NCBI GenBank assembly: GCA_964016885.1
Contig: OZ024740.1
Coordinates: 135,904,001-135,968,000, forward strand
Direction: 5' to 3'
DNA length: 64,000 nt
Source of the DNA: Eledone cirrhosa
Lineage: Eukaryota
The position numbers and the translations under genes are program-made. The notes under the pieces were generated by a model. That model did no database searches. It was given only the letters and a program-made list of their open reading frames with translations, and was not told the origin of the DNA. Below, piece by piece: positions 28,707 through 42,819 of the stretch; positions within the stretch are counted from its first letter, which is position 1; every line of letters starts with the position of its first letter.

Positions 28707-29932
28707 CATCATCATTTTACGTCCGCTTTTCCTTGCTTGCAAGGGAGGGACGGGTCTTATTAAGCACGGCATCTCTCTGTTCGTCACGGTCCCTTGTCAT
28801 CTCCTCCGTGAGCTTCAGCGATCTGAGGTCTGCTCTCACCACCTCCACCCATGTTTTTCTTGTTTTTCCTCGACTGCGTGTTCCTTCTACTGGGATTTCT
28901 TGGCACTTCTTCACCCAGCGGTCATCCTCCATGCGCATCACATATCCATACCAACGCAGTCTTCTCTCCTGCACACTACAGCCTATCTTTCTTATACACA
29001 GTTTCTCTCTCAACTCTTCTATGCTTGGTCGTTCACGCACATTGACATTGCACATCCAACGGAGCATGCTTGCTTCATTTCTCTCCAGCCGTCGCATATC
29101 TTCCACAGTTGCTGTCTATGTCTCACTATGATACTGCATCGCGCATCTCACACAGGCATCATATAACCGGCCTTTCGTTCGTAGGGAGAAACCTTTCTTT
29201 GTCAACAGAGGGAGCAGATCTCTAAACTTCTTCCAACCCGTCATTATTCTGGTAACTATGGCCTAGGAGCACCCTTCTCCCTTACTAATCTGATCACCTA
29301 GGTATCGAAAGCTATCAGCCACCTCTATAGGTCCTACCCGCATTTGAAAAATGTGTCTATCACTGCGACTTTTACTGTCAAATTTCTCTGAACATCTACT
29401 GCATATATAGTTTTCCCTATCTGTTAGCTTTCCCGCTATCCCACTACATCTCTTGTGTACCCAAGATCTGCATTGTGTACATTTTATAGAATTTATGCCA
29501 ACTCCTTTCCTACATATTGAACATGGCCATTTCCCTGGTGGAATCAGAGTTTTGTCCTCTTTCCTACTTATCAACACCTTTGTCTTAGCTAGGTTTACTC
29601 TCAGTCCTCTTGATTCCAGCTGCTGTTTCCATAGCCAGAATGTATTCTCTAGCTCCTCTACTGATTCTGCTATGAGAACCAGATCATCAACATAGAGAAG
29701 TTCCCATGGACAGCCAGTATTAAACTCATATGTTATGGCTTGGAAGACTATAATGAACAAGAGCGGACTGAGGACCGAAACCTGATGTACTCCTACTTGT
29801 ATCTGGAATTCCTCACTAAACTCCATTCCTATTCTCACTTTACTGACAACACCCCTGTACATAGCTTGCACTGTCCTCACAAGCCATTCCTCTACACCCA
29901 GTTTCCTTAGGGACCACCAGATGACAAACCGA
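28707..29932 (-). mobile_element. RTE-clade LINE, 5'-truncated
   Basis: GVHQVSVLSPLLF, LLYVDDLVL, a Cys-rich insert, FRYLG and RRLRWYGYVMR. Confidence 0.9.
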
Positions 29933-29950
29933 ATACTAATAACATTATGA

Positions 29951-30018
<68 letters not shown>

Positions 30019-30074
30019 GGGTGTGTATGATTGTGTATAGAAGATTATATTAATAAAAGGAATTCCAACTTATT

Positions 30075-31307
30075 CTGGAAAACAGCACTTTCTTCTTCAA
30101 TGGAAAAAATTACATCCAAATTAGAGGCACAGCGATGGGAACGAAGTTTGTTCCCGTTTACGCGAACTCTGTAATGTGATACTTAGAACAACAACTCTAC
30201 CAAGAAATAGAGGAAAAATATAGCACTGAATTTAGAAAGTACATTGAAAAGTCTTGGAAGAGATACCTTAACGACTGTTTCATCATCTGGACAGAATCTC
30301 TAGATATTCTGGATGAGTTCAATATCCTCCTGAATAACCTACACCCATCTCTCCAATTCACAAAAGAGATGAGTAGTACCAAATTACCATTCCTAGATAT
30401 AATGGTAATCAAAAACGACACCACCATTACCACGATATATACTATAAACACAGCCACCCATCAATATCTGAATCTTAAGTCGTGCCATCCACCTCATACA
30501 AAACTCAACATGCCATACTGCCTAGCCAGAAGAATTTGTACCATTGTAGAAGATACGAATATCAGGAACAAACGCCTAACAGAACTGAGAGAATTTTTGC
30601 TCAAACAAAAATACCCATCTCTACTTATAGAAAATGGCATACAGCAGGCTATAAAAATACCTATACAACAACTTAGGACAACCCAAGGAAGAAGAAACCA
30701 AGAACTGGTCATACCATTTATAATGACACACAACCCATGTCACCAGAATATCTTCAACACTGCCAAAGCAAACCTACCGATCATTGCTCAAAGTAATGAA
30801 TTAAAAGGTTTAATCACAGACCGATCTTTGACTCTTAGTAAAAGACAGCCGAACAATTTGAAGCAATTACTAACAGAGGCAAAGTTTGACCTTTACAACA
30901 AAGACCAATCATTGACTGTATCTAAATGCAATGATAGTCGATGTGGCACATGTCAATCCATACACACTGGTCAATATATGAACACAAAAACTGGAAAAAT
31001 ATTCCCAAATGCAAATATGAACTGCAAAAGCAGAAATCTAATTTACTGCATTAAATGCCCGAATTGTGAAGAACTATATGTCGGTCAAACTGGAAATGCA
31101 CTATCGGAACGTGCACGGGTGCACCGACAGAAAATCAGAGACCCAAATGTCCGTCAGATACCCCTGAGTAACCATCTAGCAACATGTGGTCAGAAAATAT
31201 TTATAATATTTCCATTCTACAAATTACACAGCCCAAGTGAAATCAAGAGAAAAATTAAAGAAAAGAATTTTATTGATAAATTCCAACTCAAGCTAAATGA
31301 ACAATAA
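30075..31307 (+). pseudogene. Penelope RT C-terminus plus GIY-YIG endonuclease
   Basis: GTAMG, WKRYLND (YxDD altered), LPFLD, CNDSRCGTC, LIYCIKCPNCEELYVGQTG; in-frame stop at about 30177. Confidence 0.9.
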
Positions 31308-31712
31308 TAATGCTTAGGGGTATTACTCCTACTATGACTACGCCTACGACCATGTCGACTACCACCACTAACAACAACAACAACAATAATAATAATAAAA
31401 GTGATGTTGATGGCGATGATTACTGAAGATTTTTTATAAAAACCCTAGAAAATGCTATTTTTCATCATTTCTAAAAATAGCAAAACAATTGATGCTTTGG
31501 ATAGGGTCAAATAGAAGTCATTAGACATGCTCAACCAACCGTGACGCCTAAACCAATCAGCTTTAGTAATCTAGTGAAACTACACACCGATTGGTCGAAA
31601 CACAGTTTGCAAAACTTGGCATTCTATAGCCCCTTTTTACTGTACATAAGGCATAGAATTTACCCATCTCATTATAGTTGAAAATTGCAAACTTGACTGT
31701 CACTACTGAATA

Positions 31713-31751
31713 TGAACCTGAAGATTGCGAAAGCATGAAAGTACTTGTTCA
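31713..31751 (+). ncRNA. Minimal type I hammerhead ribozyme motif in the Penelope pLTR
   Basis: tgaac-CTGAAGA-t-tgc(gaaa)gca-t-GAAA-gtac-TT-gttca; palindromic stem III. Confidence 0.8.
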
Positions 31752-31862
31752 ATTAACACTTAACATTTAATATTCTACAATACTATTTCATTATAATATC
31801 ATTATAATTTTAAAGGATTGTAAATAAAACGAGTAAATCAGACAAAGTTGGAATTCCTTTTA

Positions 31863-31914
<52 letters not shown>

Positions 31915-32687
31915 AACGAGTAGGACCCCGACGGCTGAGCTCAAGCCGTTTCGACGGCTAATTCTGGACTAAAAGAGAGAGAGAGAGGGGGGGGGGAGAT
32001 ACATCTGTTCAACGAAACATTTTAACCACTAAAAGAAAATATAGTTAACGCTTTATTACGTTTTTTTCTTTTCGTTTTTCAAACCAAAATCGAATGTTTC
32101 GCCGCAAATATTCACTTCTTACTCAGAGAATCCGTTTAAATGTGAAATTTATCGTTTTACACTACTGTGTAATTTTAGTAATTTTTTTCCTGCTAAATTA
32201 CTGTTAGTACAATTGGAATTTGGTGCTATTTCGATAAATTTACAATTCAGGGCTATTTTCGTCATCGGAATTTATTATCGAGTTTTACGTTCAAAACTCA
32301 GCTTTTGTTTTATTCCATAAGGTATTTACTTACCAATTTTTCATAAAAACATTTTATTTCCGTGTCTTGTATTTTTAGTTGTTAAATCTGGCAAACTTCA
32401 TCCAGGTAAATATGTGTAAACATTTTCACTATGTGTAATTGCGCTAGCTGGTATACCAATCATACTTCTTGTGTTGAAGTCTTGCCGAAAGTAGTTCGCT
32501 TATTTGTCTCGGCTCTCAGCTCAATATAATTCAACACATGTACGATGAAATAAATGTTGTCTTTTATATATACAATGACTGTGATGCTGTTTCAATAAAA
32601 AGAATAATGGTGAAGCAGAGTATGTCGCCTGTTGTAAAGTATTAACATGTGCAGGCCACCCTACACCATTTTTATTTTATCACCAGG

Positions 32688-32890
32688 CTGGGGGATTTGC
32701 AGAATCATTAGAGCGTCGGGCAAATGCTTACCAATATTTTTCTGGCTTTTTACATTCTGAGTTCAAATCCCGCCGAAGTCAACTTTGCTTTCCATCTTTT
32801 CAGAGTCAATAATATAAAGTTCCAGTCATGTACGGGGGTCGCTGAAATCGATCCCACCGAAATACTGGTCTTGTGTCTGTGTTAGAAGCA
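32688..32890 (+). mobile_element. SINE family A, diverged
   Basis: gagttcaaatcccgccgaagtcaactttgctttccatc. Confidence 0.7.
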
Positions 32891-33199
32891 TTTTCTATCT
32901 TATCATTTAAAAGTTGTCCATGATATAAAAACATGAGAAGCTAGTGAAATACGAAATATTTTTTTTAATGCCAATAGAAACTTGTTAAAAGGTATATTGA
33001 AGAAGCTGCTGTTGCAAAGTTATCCAGTGAACATTGTTTATGTTTTAACTGAATTGGTAATCGTTCATTAATACAAGAGAACTTCTAAAAATTGAAATTA
33101 TGAAATTACATCTACCAATAAAAAGAATGTTAGGAATATGGTGCTTAATTTTACTGCTGAAAAAAAAAAGGCAATATGCCTTCTTATTTTACTAATCAA

Positions 33200-34200
33200 G
33201 TTAAGGTTAGATTCTATTTAACATTGGATGAACACAGATTAAAAAATATTAATATGCTCAGGCGAAAAATGAAGGATTGGTCTTTTGACCTTACTACATT
33301 GAGTAGATCACATTGAGTAGTTGAATTGCTGAAATAGTTTCTAAGAGATTTTGGCTTCAATTTAAATCGGTATGTCTGTAGCTGCTCAACAGATCTGTAA
33401 TTGTAAAGCCTTTCATCAACAATGTGTTGATCACTCTATTCATTTAGCTGTATGTGGTATACGGTGCCCCCCCAAAAGAATGAAGTCACTGCTGAAGAAT
33501 CGAAAAAAACCACAGTTAATGAAAGTAAAGAAAACTCTGATTTGTTAAACAATTATTTAATTTTCGAAGATAACAAGGAAAATGAATGTTCCATGAAATT
33601 TAACAAACTACAAATTGAGAAATTTAGAAAATATACAAAATCTTTCGCAAATCTCACTTTAAAAAAGAAATTTTTTTAGTAATTATGTGTAACTACAGAA
33701 AAAAAAAAAATTTTACTTCATTGTAAAACCTGTCAAAATAGTCTTTTGGTCATGATAGAATGTTTCTGAAAGTAAAAACAAAAGATTAGTAATTCTTTTC
33801 ACTACTACTTTAAAAACAAGTATTTAGGAAAAGAAAAAAAAAACGTTTGACAGAATTTCTGGAATGTGAAGAAGAACAACAAAAAAAAAAAAATTATGAC
33901 TGTGGGCGGGAAACCGACTCAGTGTGATCAGACCAAAAGTGAGGACGCGTCATCTAAGAAGAAAATATAAAAAAAAAACATGGAACACTCTAAAATCTGA
34001 ACTTGAACCAAGCGATAAAATACCAATATCAGCAATCAACAATAACGCTAGAGGTGAAAGTATGGAAAAACTAACATGCCTATGTTTATAGCAAAAGTAA
34101 CTGGCATTGAAGTTGAGAGAGCTTTCTCAGGTGATGGTTTATTCTCACATAACCAAACTGAGTTCAAATCTGCTCTTATAAAACGATTCAAGACGCTTAA
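33200..34200 (+). pseudogene. Degraded hAT-type transposase
   Basis: HQQCVDHSIHLAV (CxxH), KTCQNSLLVM (resembles TRWNS) and EVERAFSG motifs in the expected order. Confidence 0.6.
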
Positions 34201-34708
34201 ACTTCGAACAAAACACACACACATACACACACACACACACATATATATATCTATATATATATATATATTATTGGCTCAAGGCGTTGGTTAGGAGAATCGT
34301 TAGAGCGTCAAATTCTTTGCGGCGTTTGTTGTGACTATTTACGTTCTGAGATCAAGCCGTTTTATTTTATTATTCACCCTTTCACAGTTGATACAAAAAA
34401 AGTAGCATCCTGGGTCGGGTGTGATGCCTTACGGAATCTGTTTGGGCTCTTTCAAATTCGTCACCTGGTTTAACACCACTATCCGGCTTTTGAATGCTTT
34501 TTTAGCAAAGTGCACCCTTTTGCAAGCATTTGGACCATTTTCATTTTCCCAATTCGGAGGCCCGAAAAAGGGTCATGGCACTGCTCTTCCTCCTAACTTG
34601 GCCATATATATATATATATAGATATATATTATACACTCACCTACATATTTAGGTATATATATAGAATAGGATATGCGGTAATTAATCACCATATACAAAG
34701 GTCTGTAT

Positions 34709-34833
<125 letters not shown>

Positions 34834-36265
34834 TATGTACGTGCGCGTGCGTGTGTGTGTGTATGTGGTGTAATAATGTTTCTGAAAGTAGGTGTAATGC
34901 ATAAATTTGTTCGGTTTTCTGACTTTGGTTATTTATTTTGTGGAACATTTTCTTTTATCTTTCTTTTCTGTTGTTTTTCGAAACACCTTTCTAGTTGCTG
35001 GATAAAGACAGGATTACAAAAGTGTGAGATGCTTGAGTAGTAGTCTAGCTTGGTTTTAAAGTGATTTACATAGGTTTAGCATCATAATATCTTCCTGTAG
35101 ATTGCTGATGCCTTACTTTTAAGGAGTGTTATATTTAGTAGGGTGTGTAGGATCTTATCTTAGCTTACACGGCGTTAAGAGGCTAAGAGATATATCTTTT
35201 TCCCGATATAGAAATTCCTCACTAAGTACTGCAATCTAATGAATCACTCACCAATTATTCAGTGTCCCAATTGCTTAAAGTAAAGGAGAAACTCCGTCTC
35301 CAATGGAACCTTATTTAAGACAAAGTAGACAGGAGCCTTGAATGTTGAGTATCTTTACGCCTGAGACAGAGTTGAATTTCGAACTGATTCACTAGCAACG
35401 GCTCTGTTTCTTATAATTCAGTTTTTTGTAAAAGTTTGTAGATTATTGTTAATTCATAGACTTTTATGAATGATTCCATAGATTAATACTACCATAGTCA
35501 CTATAGATTTGTTGTTTATAAAACTTGTAAACCCTCAAATTATGCAACATTCGCTTGTTTCTATTTAAAACAACAATCATACTATTTTTTTTTTAAATTC
35601 CTCACTTAATCTTTCAAAGATTTGGATTTTGCAATGCTGAGCACCACGATACTCCACAGTTCAATAAAAGAACATGTACTTGTTCCTAGAACTACTAGAA
35701 ATAGTAGCAAAGTCTCCTTCAAATCCTATAATGTTACCTTATGATACTAGATACGCCTAAAAATGATAGAATGATTATATTTGGAATGCTTTTGAGATAT
35801 GATTGACCCAGTCATAACTCCATCACGAGCCACACACAGGCCTAGAAATGTCTTCGATATTCTCCGAGGTTCAAAATGGATCCCTTGATATTGAGTAGAA
35901 TCTGAAATATATATGTACTAAGGTAACATAATGTCTGGTTTTTGTTTTTCTTCCTCTTCTCCACCCAGTCTTACCTCTCTCATTTCTCATCCGATTTTGT
36001 TACCTTAATATTTACAGCTCCAATTGCATTGTAATGACTTCAACTTCACACATACATACATGTTCATACCTATACATATATATATATACAAACATACGTA
36101 CGTACATATATATACATACATAAAGGGTGAAAGCAGCGATTCTTTGGTTAAACTTTAATATATATATATAAAATAGAAAAAACGTTTCGTTTACATATGA
36201 AAAATATTTATTGCGTATCGACGCGCGTTTCGCACACACACACACACACACGCACACACACACGC

Positions 36266-36309
<44 letters not shown>

Positions 36310-36760
36310 GAGTTCAGAACTAGCTGTCGCAACGGCCGGAGCTCAGCTGTCGGGGTCCTGACTCCTTTCCTATATATATACACGATAAAAGATATCTGAT
36401 AAAAATTCATTATAATATAATTTTATTTCTACATCTTAATATATCTTAATTGGTAAACGTTTAGATATTTTTGTTTCTTTATTAATAATTTAATTCCTTT
36501 ACAAGCCAGTTTTGTACTGATTGGTATATCATAGTTGTTGATAAACCTGCATCAGCTTTGATTGAACAGACCTGAGATCAAGTGTGTTCCAACTATGATA
36601 TACAAATGTTTTGTATGACATATACGATATTGTCCAAATTGATCGTCCTTCTTTAAGATAGGTAGTTTACGCAATGTCGGTGTTAACATTAAGGGAACTA
36701 TGCAGTCAAAGAGACGCGCTACAAAGCTTTAAAGGATCAGTTTTATACAAATATGTATAA

Positions 36761-37420
36761 CTAGCCGAATTACCGGCGCCTTGCTGCGTTTCACACATTT
36801 CTTTTGTAAGAAAATGATGATTGATTTTAAATCAGTGATATAATTTACGGAGAAAAACTCTGCATTTCAATATTACTCAATGTAAAATGTAATACATGAA
36901 AAATTGGAAAACATTTTTTTTTGTAATATATCGAATCAAAATTACATTATTAAATTTTATTCTTATTTTGTTTCTTGCAAATAATTTTTTTCGAAATATC
37001 AATTCAAAACTTTTGTGAATAGCATCATATCTCGTCATTTACCTATGGTTTAAATTTCATATAAATCGAAGGGAAATATTTTTCAGCGGAGGTTTGTGTC
37101 CTCGGGGAACCCTAATAGGGGGTTTAACCTCCATTAGGGTGTCTTAATATTATTGAAATTTGATGAAATTTTGTGAATAGACATCATATCTTGTCATTTA
37201 CCTGTGGTTTAAATTTCATATAAATCGAAGGGAAAACATTTTCAGCGGGGCTTTGTGCCCCCAGGGAACCCTTTGATTAAAATGAAATACACTTATCCAA
37301 GTATCCTGGGCAATGTAGTTTCAGAATATATATGGTTATGGGGGTCTATCTCCAAAACCATAGGAGTTCATGAACAAACAAACAGACAAACAAACAGACA
37401 AACAACTTTATATATATAGA
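36761..37420 (-). mobile_element. Non-autonomous Helitron
   Basis: 5' TCTATATATATAAAG plus GTCT/GTTT repeats, 3' ...taattcggCTAG, inserted between A and T; internal duplication of about 110 bp. Confidence 0.8.
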
Positions 37421-37444
37421 TTAAATAAATAAATCGTTAAATAT

Positions 37445-37607
37445 CTTTGCCGCGGTACATCGAAAGCGGTAGGGAAAGCCGATGGTGTAGTGATTGATCT
37501 GTCACGTGATTTGACATGAATGAGTGAGGATTGTGTAGTAAATTTCATAGTGAGGTCAGAATAAGAAAGTGTCAAAATCTATGTTCGGCAGCTTTCAAAC
37601 GGTAAGT
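37445..37607 (+). promoter_or_regulatory. Candidate promoter and first exon
   Basis: gTCACGTGA E-box at about 37501, local CpG enrichment, ATG at 37581 and strong donor ACG|GTAAGT after 37601. Confidence 0.3.
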
Positions 37608-37903
37608 TGAAATTATTTTATTTGGGAAAATAGGACGTCTTTCCGAGAAAAGGGCGCGCGCATATTGTAGAGCTAGCTTAGGGTTCTGAAAACTCAGGCA
37701 CGAGGAAGATTTGTTTGCTATCAAACAGCTTGAGCGACCAACTAGAGGCTCCAGCATATGTGATTATCTCTACACATAAGTTCTAGATGCTTTCATAGAT
37801 AACAAATAATTTCCAGGATATAGAGTCACTGTGTTCTCCGATTCTGTGATGTAGGATTGATTACGGTGTCAACAAAATAAGTTGTAAACATTCCCCGTCT
37901 CTT

Positions 37904-37979
<76 letters not shown>

Positions 37980-38109
37980 TTTTTGTCTCTCTTCCCCTCT
38001 CTCTGTATGTGTGTGTGTATACAGTATATATATATTTTGTGTGTGTGTGTGTGTGTGTGTGTATACAAAGTGTGTCAGAAAAGATACTGGAGTTGCAAAA
38101 AAATATTTC

Positions 38110-38325
38110 AAATCCAAGACTTCTGGTGTCCTTGGCCATAGGGCTACCTCCCTACTCACCACCATAGGCACTGAGCTGGCCAGCCGCAGGTGTGAGCCTC
38201 GCGAGTTGGAATGGCTCTTACAGCGCATCTCCCTTACCATCCTCCGGGGAAACGCCTTCTCCGTTCTGTCTGCCGGGGGCTATGAGGAGGCCAGCACGTG
38301 GGACCCCATTTGCTCACCATACTGA
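38110..38325 (+). mobile_element. CRE-like non-LTR retrotransposon, REL endonuclease C-terminus
   Basis: TSGVLG...EPRELEWLLQRISLTILRGNA matches the ETxG...QRxSxxxQRGNA signature. Confidence 0.65.
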
Positions 38326-38836
38326 GAGATGAGGAGGGCGAGAGAGATGGAGGCGATGACAGTGGAAATTCGGCTGTTCTTTCATGTTTACTTAGCTTAC
38401 TATTTCCTTTTCTGCAATCAGATGTTGTCTATACCTATAAAGCAGGGTATTGATCGCACATTTATAGACTGCATTTTTTATTTAAAGCACTCCTTTCTAA
38501 ACTACAAGTTTTTCCATTCGAAATAATCTTTCTCGAGTCTAACACACCTTCCCATCCTTGTCTGTCACGCCTCAGTGAACTCCTAGAAGGAAACTTCAGT
38601 CTGGTTCGTTGTTCTCTGCCAATCGCTCGAAGGCCTAAAATTGAGGAGCTGTTAACAAAATCACGTTTTAAGTATACAATGGCTGCAGAGAGCTGAGATC
38701 GCAGTTGAATACTCCCCGGATATTATGTCACACGGTGATGCAACGCGATAATCCCTACCCAACTCATAGCTCACACGGCACCACACTAAGTCCTGTTACT
38801 TTTCTGACACCTCGTGTGTCAGAATATATATATATA

Positions 38837-38928
<92 letters not shown>

Positions 38929-38929
38929 C

Positions 38930-38996
<67 letters not shown>

Positions 38997-39554
38997 TGTG
39001 TGTGTGTGTGTGTGTGTGTCGTTTGAAGTTCAGTAATGTGCCTGTGAAGTTTGCACCCTAGACGACTGCCTAGTTGGCCTTAATGGTAGCGTCGGCCCTG
39101 AATACACTCATATATATATTCGCTTCGTCATTAACTTAGTGCTTATTTCTATTACTTCGATGAAACAAATGAGTTTCTATGTTATTCATTCCTATATCAT
39201 AAATACATAAATACGATTAGAAGACGACGCAGTTGAGACTGTGTAACTGGTGAGGAAGGGGGAGATATAGTTATAGTGATATAGTTCATTTTTGTCATGC
39301 TATCATTGGGTACCATTTGGTTATATCGACATCTAAATCTTCTGACTAATGGGCTGGAAAAAAATACAACGCTCTCACCAACACCACCACCATCATCATT
39401 TTTATTATGACCATCGTCGCTGTGGACGACTTTGTTATCTTCATCCTGCTCATAACCACCATTTAAAGCAGCAGCAGCGGCAACATCCTGGTCGATATCA
39501 TCATCATCGTTTTTACTATAGTGCCGCCACTACTACTACTACTACTAATAATAA

Positions 39555-39885
39555 TAATGGTTTCTTATATAGGCACAAGGCCAGTAATTTGGGGGGAGGA
39601 GAAAGTCGATAAAATCGACCCCAGTGCGTGACTAGTATTTTATTTTATCGACCCCGTAAGGATGAAAGGCAAAGTTAACTTCGGCGGGATTTAATAATAA
39701 TAATTGTTTCTACTTTAGGCACAAGGCCAGCAAATACCCAGTGAATTACTGGTACTTTATTTTATCGACCCTGTAAGGATGAAAGGCAAAGTCAACCTCG
39801 GCGGGATTTGAACTCAGATCGTAAAGGGACGTAACTATGCTGGAAAGCATGGCGTCCGACCCTCTACCGATACTGCCAATCCACA
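39555..39885 (-). mobile_element. Two tandem SINE family A copies
   Basis: Repeated aggcacaaggccag...gatgaaaggcaaag with (TAA)n tails. Confidence 0.85.
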
Positions 39886-39897
39886 ATAATAATAATA

Positions 39898-42815
39898 ATG
39901 ATTTCTTTATTGGCCACAAGGGCTGACATCAAGAAAAAACATTACAGATGGTACAGGACGGTACGATGTGGGTTTTGTGCGTGTAAAGATTTTTATTATT
40001 TATATAAGAAACGAAAAAGAAAAAAAAAGACATAGAAACATATATATATAAACAATAAAAATGAAAATTCAAACAATGAAAAATTCCCCAATAGGGGGGA
40101 AACCTCCGAGGGTTACTCGTGGCGAAAACCACACAAAAGACCACGGCCACCCTGCCCACCAGGGCAAGCGCCCTCTCTCAATTTTTCCATCTCTCAAACT
40201 ACAGACGTATATTCAGAGCGGTCCCGTTCATTCGGGACATTCTCGCCACATTCACCCACCTTTCAACAAACTTGCTAGAAGACAGCACTTGCCTCTCCAC
40301 CCTGATTTTCCTCTGCAAGTGAAACTTGAAAAAGTTAAGCAGGGATTCGCCGAAGAGGAAAGCGTCTGTCTTTAACCCTTTCCAGCTTGTCCACCACACA
40401 ATCTCTTTCACCATGGCCACCAAGCAGATGAAAACCGCCTGCCCTTCCTCCTCGAAGGAAGACGGCGAGACCATCTGCACAATGGACTCAGTCGATAACC
40501 GGATCGGTCCTACACGCGACAGCAACTGTTCGACATAGCTCCACAAGTCAGCAATACTCGGGCACTGAACGAGTGCGTGCACGACGGTTTCGTCGCTCTG
40601 CGAGCATCTCGGACAGGCTCGGCTGACGGCACTTCCGTGCCTGTAGAGCTTATCTCGAACCGGCAACGCTCCCCGGTAGCACTGCCAGGCCAGTGATTTC
40701 TAGAAGTTATCCATAGGCCCTGGGCTGAATGTTCTCCGGAAGCGAGCAAGCAGCTGATCTTCTTCGACGCCCAGGATCTCTCCGAGAACGTCGTCGCCCT
40801 TCCCCTCCACTAGTCCTCTATAGAACGCCGAGCTGGATGTTCCACCGACACTGGTGCCCAGCTGGCAGAGGGCGGTGAGCGCCTGGAGACATTCCAGTTT
40901 CCAAGCGCTATCCCTCTGTCTTTTCCTGACCCAGGACTGCAGCTCTGTCAAGGAGACGAGCTGTGGGAAAATGTGCCTGGCGAACTGCGACCACACCTGT
41001 TCACCGTCAACGAAGCACCAGAGATGTCGCAGCCTCAGCACATGTTTGCGCATCATCAACCATGGCATGCCCAGTCCTCCACGCAACGGGTGTTGACAGC
41101 AGATGGATCGTCTGACCATGGGAGGCGTCCCTTCCACAAAAAGCGGAAGAGGAGGCGCTCCATTTTGGTGAGAGTTGGGCCGACGTAAGGGACGACGGGG
41201 AGGCGGTAGTAGATGACAGATGCGATGTACGCATTCGCCACTTCCGCCCGGCCTTTCAGGAACACTTTCCTCTCAGCCCATTTCTGGGTGAGGGAGGCCA
41301 CCCTGCTCGTCACCTCGCTCCAGTTTTTCTCCATCTGGAGGTCCGGTCCGAAACAGACCCCGAGCAATTTAACCGGTCCGTCCGTCCAACGCCCCACGAC
41401 GCTATCGGACGGCATAGACCTGCCTCTCCAGGTACCGAGCTGCAAGCCCACCGACTTTTCCTAGTTTATCTTTGCTCCTGTCAGCGCTTCGTATTCCTTG
41501 AGAGCGGTGCCGAGCATCTGGACGTGTCTGGTGCTCAACACTACCACGATGACGTCGTCGGCGTAAGCCGACTCGGATTTCCCGCATCCTAGTTTGCGTG
41601 GGACGCCCCTCATCAACCCCAGTTTGTGCAGTAACGGACGAGAGCCAATACTTACAAGAGAGACGAGAGGAGACAACCATGGCGGACCGAGCGAATGATG
41701 CTGAACGGCTGTGACAGGTGACCGTTCACCCTCACAACCGAGCAGATGTCGCTGTACATCGCAGCGATCCAACCCCTGAAAACGAGCCCGAAACTGGCTG
41801 CCTCGAGGACCGCCGACAGGTACCGATTGTCGACCCTATCGAATGCTTTGGATTGATCCAAGTTGATAAGGGTCCCGCCCGTGCCAGGTTCCTTAACTAC
41901 CCTCTCTACGATGTATCGCATGAGGTGGAGGTTGTCGTGTATGGATCTTTCCGGAATGGCGCATGACTGCCGCTCTCCCACCAGAACCTCGACGATAAGC
42001 GCCAACAAGTTGCTAACACCTTGGCCAAAATCTTGAACTCTGCGTTTAGCAGAGTTATGGGCCTGAAGTTGTCGATAACATCCCCCTTGCTCGGGTCTTT
42101 TCTCAGCAGCGCCACCGCTCCCCGGCTCACAAAACTGGCAATGCTCCCGTTATGCTGCTAGTTGCAGTAGACGTCTGCCAAGAGGTCACCAAACAAGTCT
42201 GGCATAAATGCATAAAGCTCGTAGGGCAGACCATCCAAACCTGGCGATTTACCCCTCGTGCAGTTTGCCATCGCTTCCCGTATTTCACCGGCTCTTATTG
42301 GCTTTTCGCAACACTGTCTGTGGTCGTCGAGAGTCGAGGCAGTCCGTCGAGGTATGCACTGAAGTCCATACCCCAATCCGGCCCGCCGTTGCACTCGAAC
42401 AGTTCAGCAAAGTGCTGCTGAAAAGCCTCACACGTCTGCTCGGGTTCGAGCAACACGCGCCCGTTTTGGTCAGACAAAGACCGAATTGTTGCTTTGTTGC
42501 CACGTCGCGCCTCTGCCACCCGGGCCCATTGGACGGCTTTCGTCCCCTCGTGTTTCAGAGCACGCGTTTTAGCTCTGACAACGCTGCCTTCGTGTTTTGC
42601 ATTGAAGAATTGGTCGAGTGCCAATCTCGCCGCAAGCACGTCAGTTGCGATGTCTGTCCTAAACGCCTCTTCTAGCTTTCTGACTAGCTCTCCCTCTACT
42701 CTATTTTCCTCTATCGCTACTCCTTTGCTAAACCTAATCGACTCTACTTTAATTGCCCTTTTCAGGGTAAACCACCACCTGTTGTTGACGACCGCTCCCG
42801 TCAACGCCCGCTTAA
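39898..42815 (-). mobile_element. L1/Tx1-clade LINE ORF2 pseudogene, 5'-truncated
   Basis: KSPGLDGLPYELY, NFRPITLLN, DQSKAFDRV, AYADD, GGLGMP and C-terminal CPRC...ETVVHALVQC; AATAAA near the 3' end. Confidence 0.92.
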
Positions 42816-42819
42816 CTAA

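Larger units (their letters stand above)
30018..31868 (+). mobile_element. Penelope-like element (Neptune-type linker), 5'-truncated
   Basis: RT and GIY-YIG coding region, 3' hammerhead, 25-bp inverted terminus at about 30046-30071 versus 31845-31869, (TA)n flanks. Confidence 0.9.
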
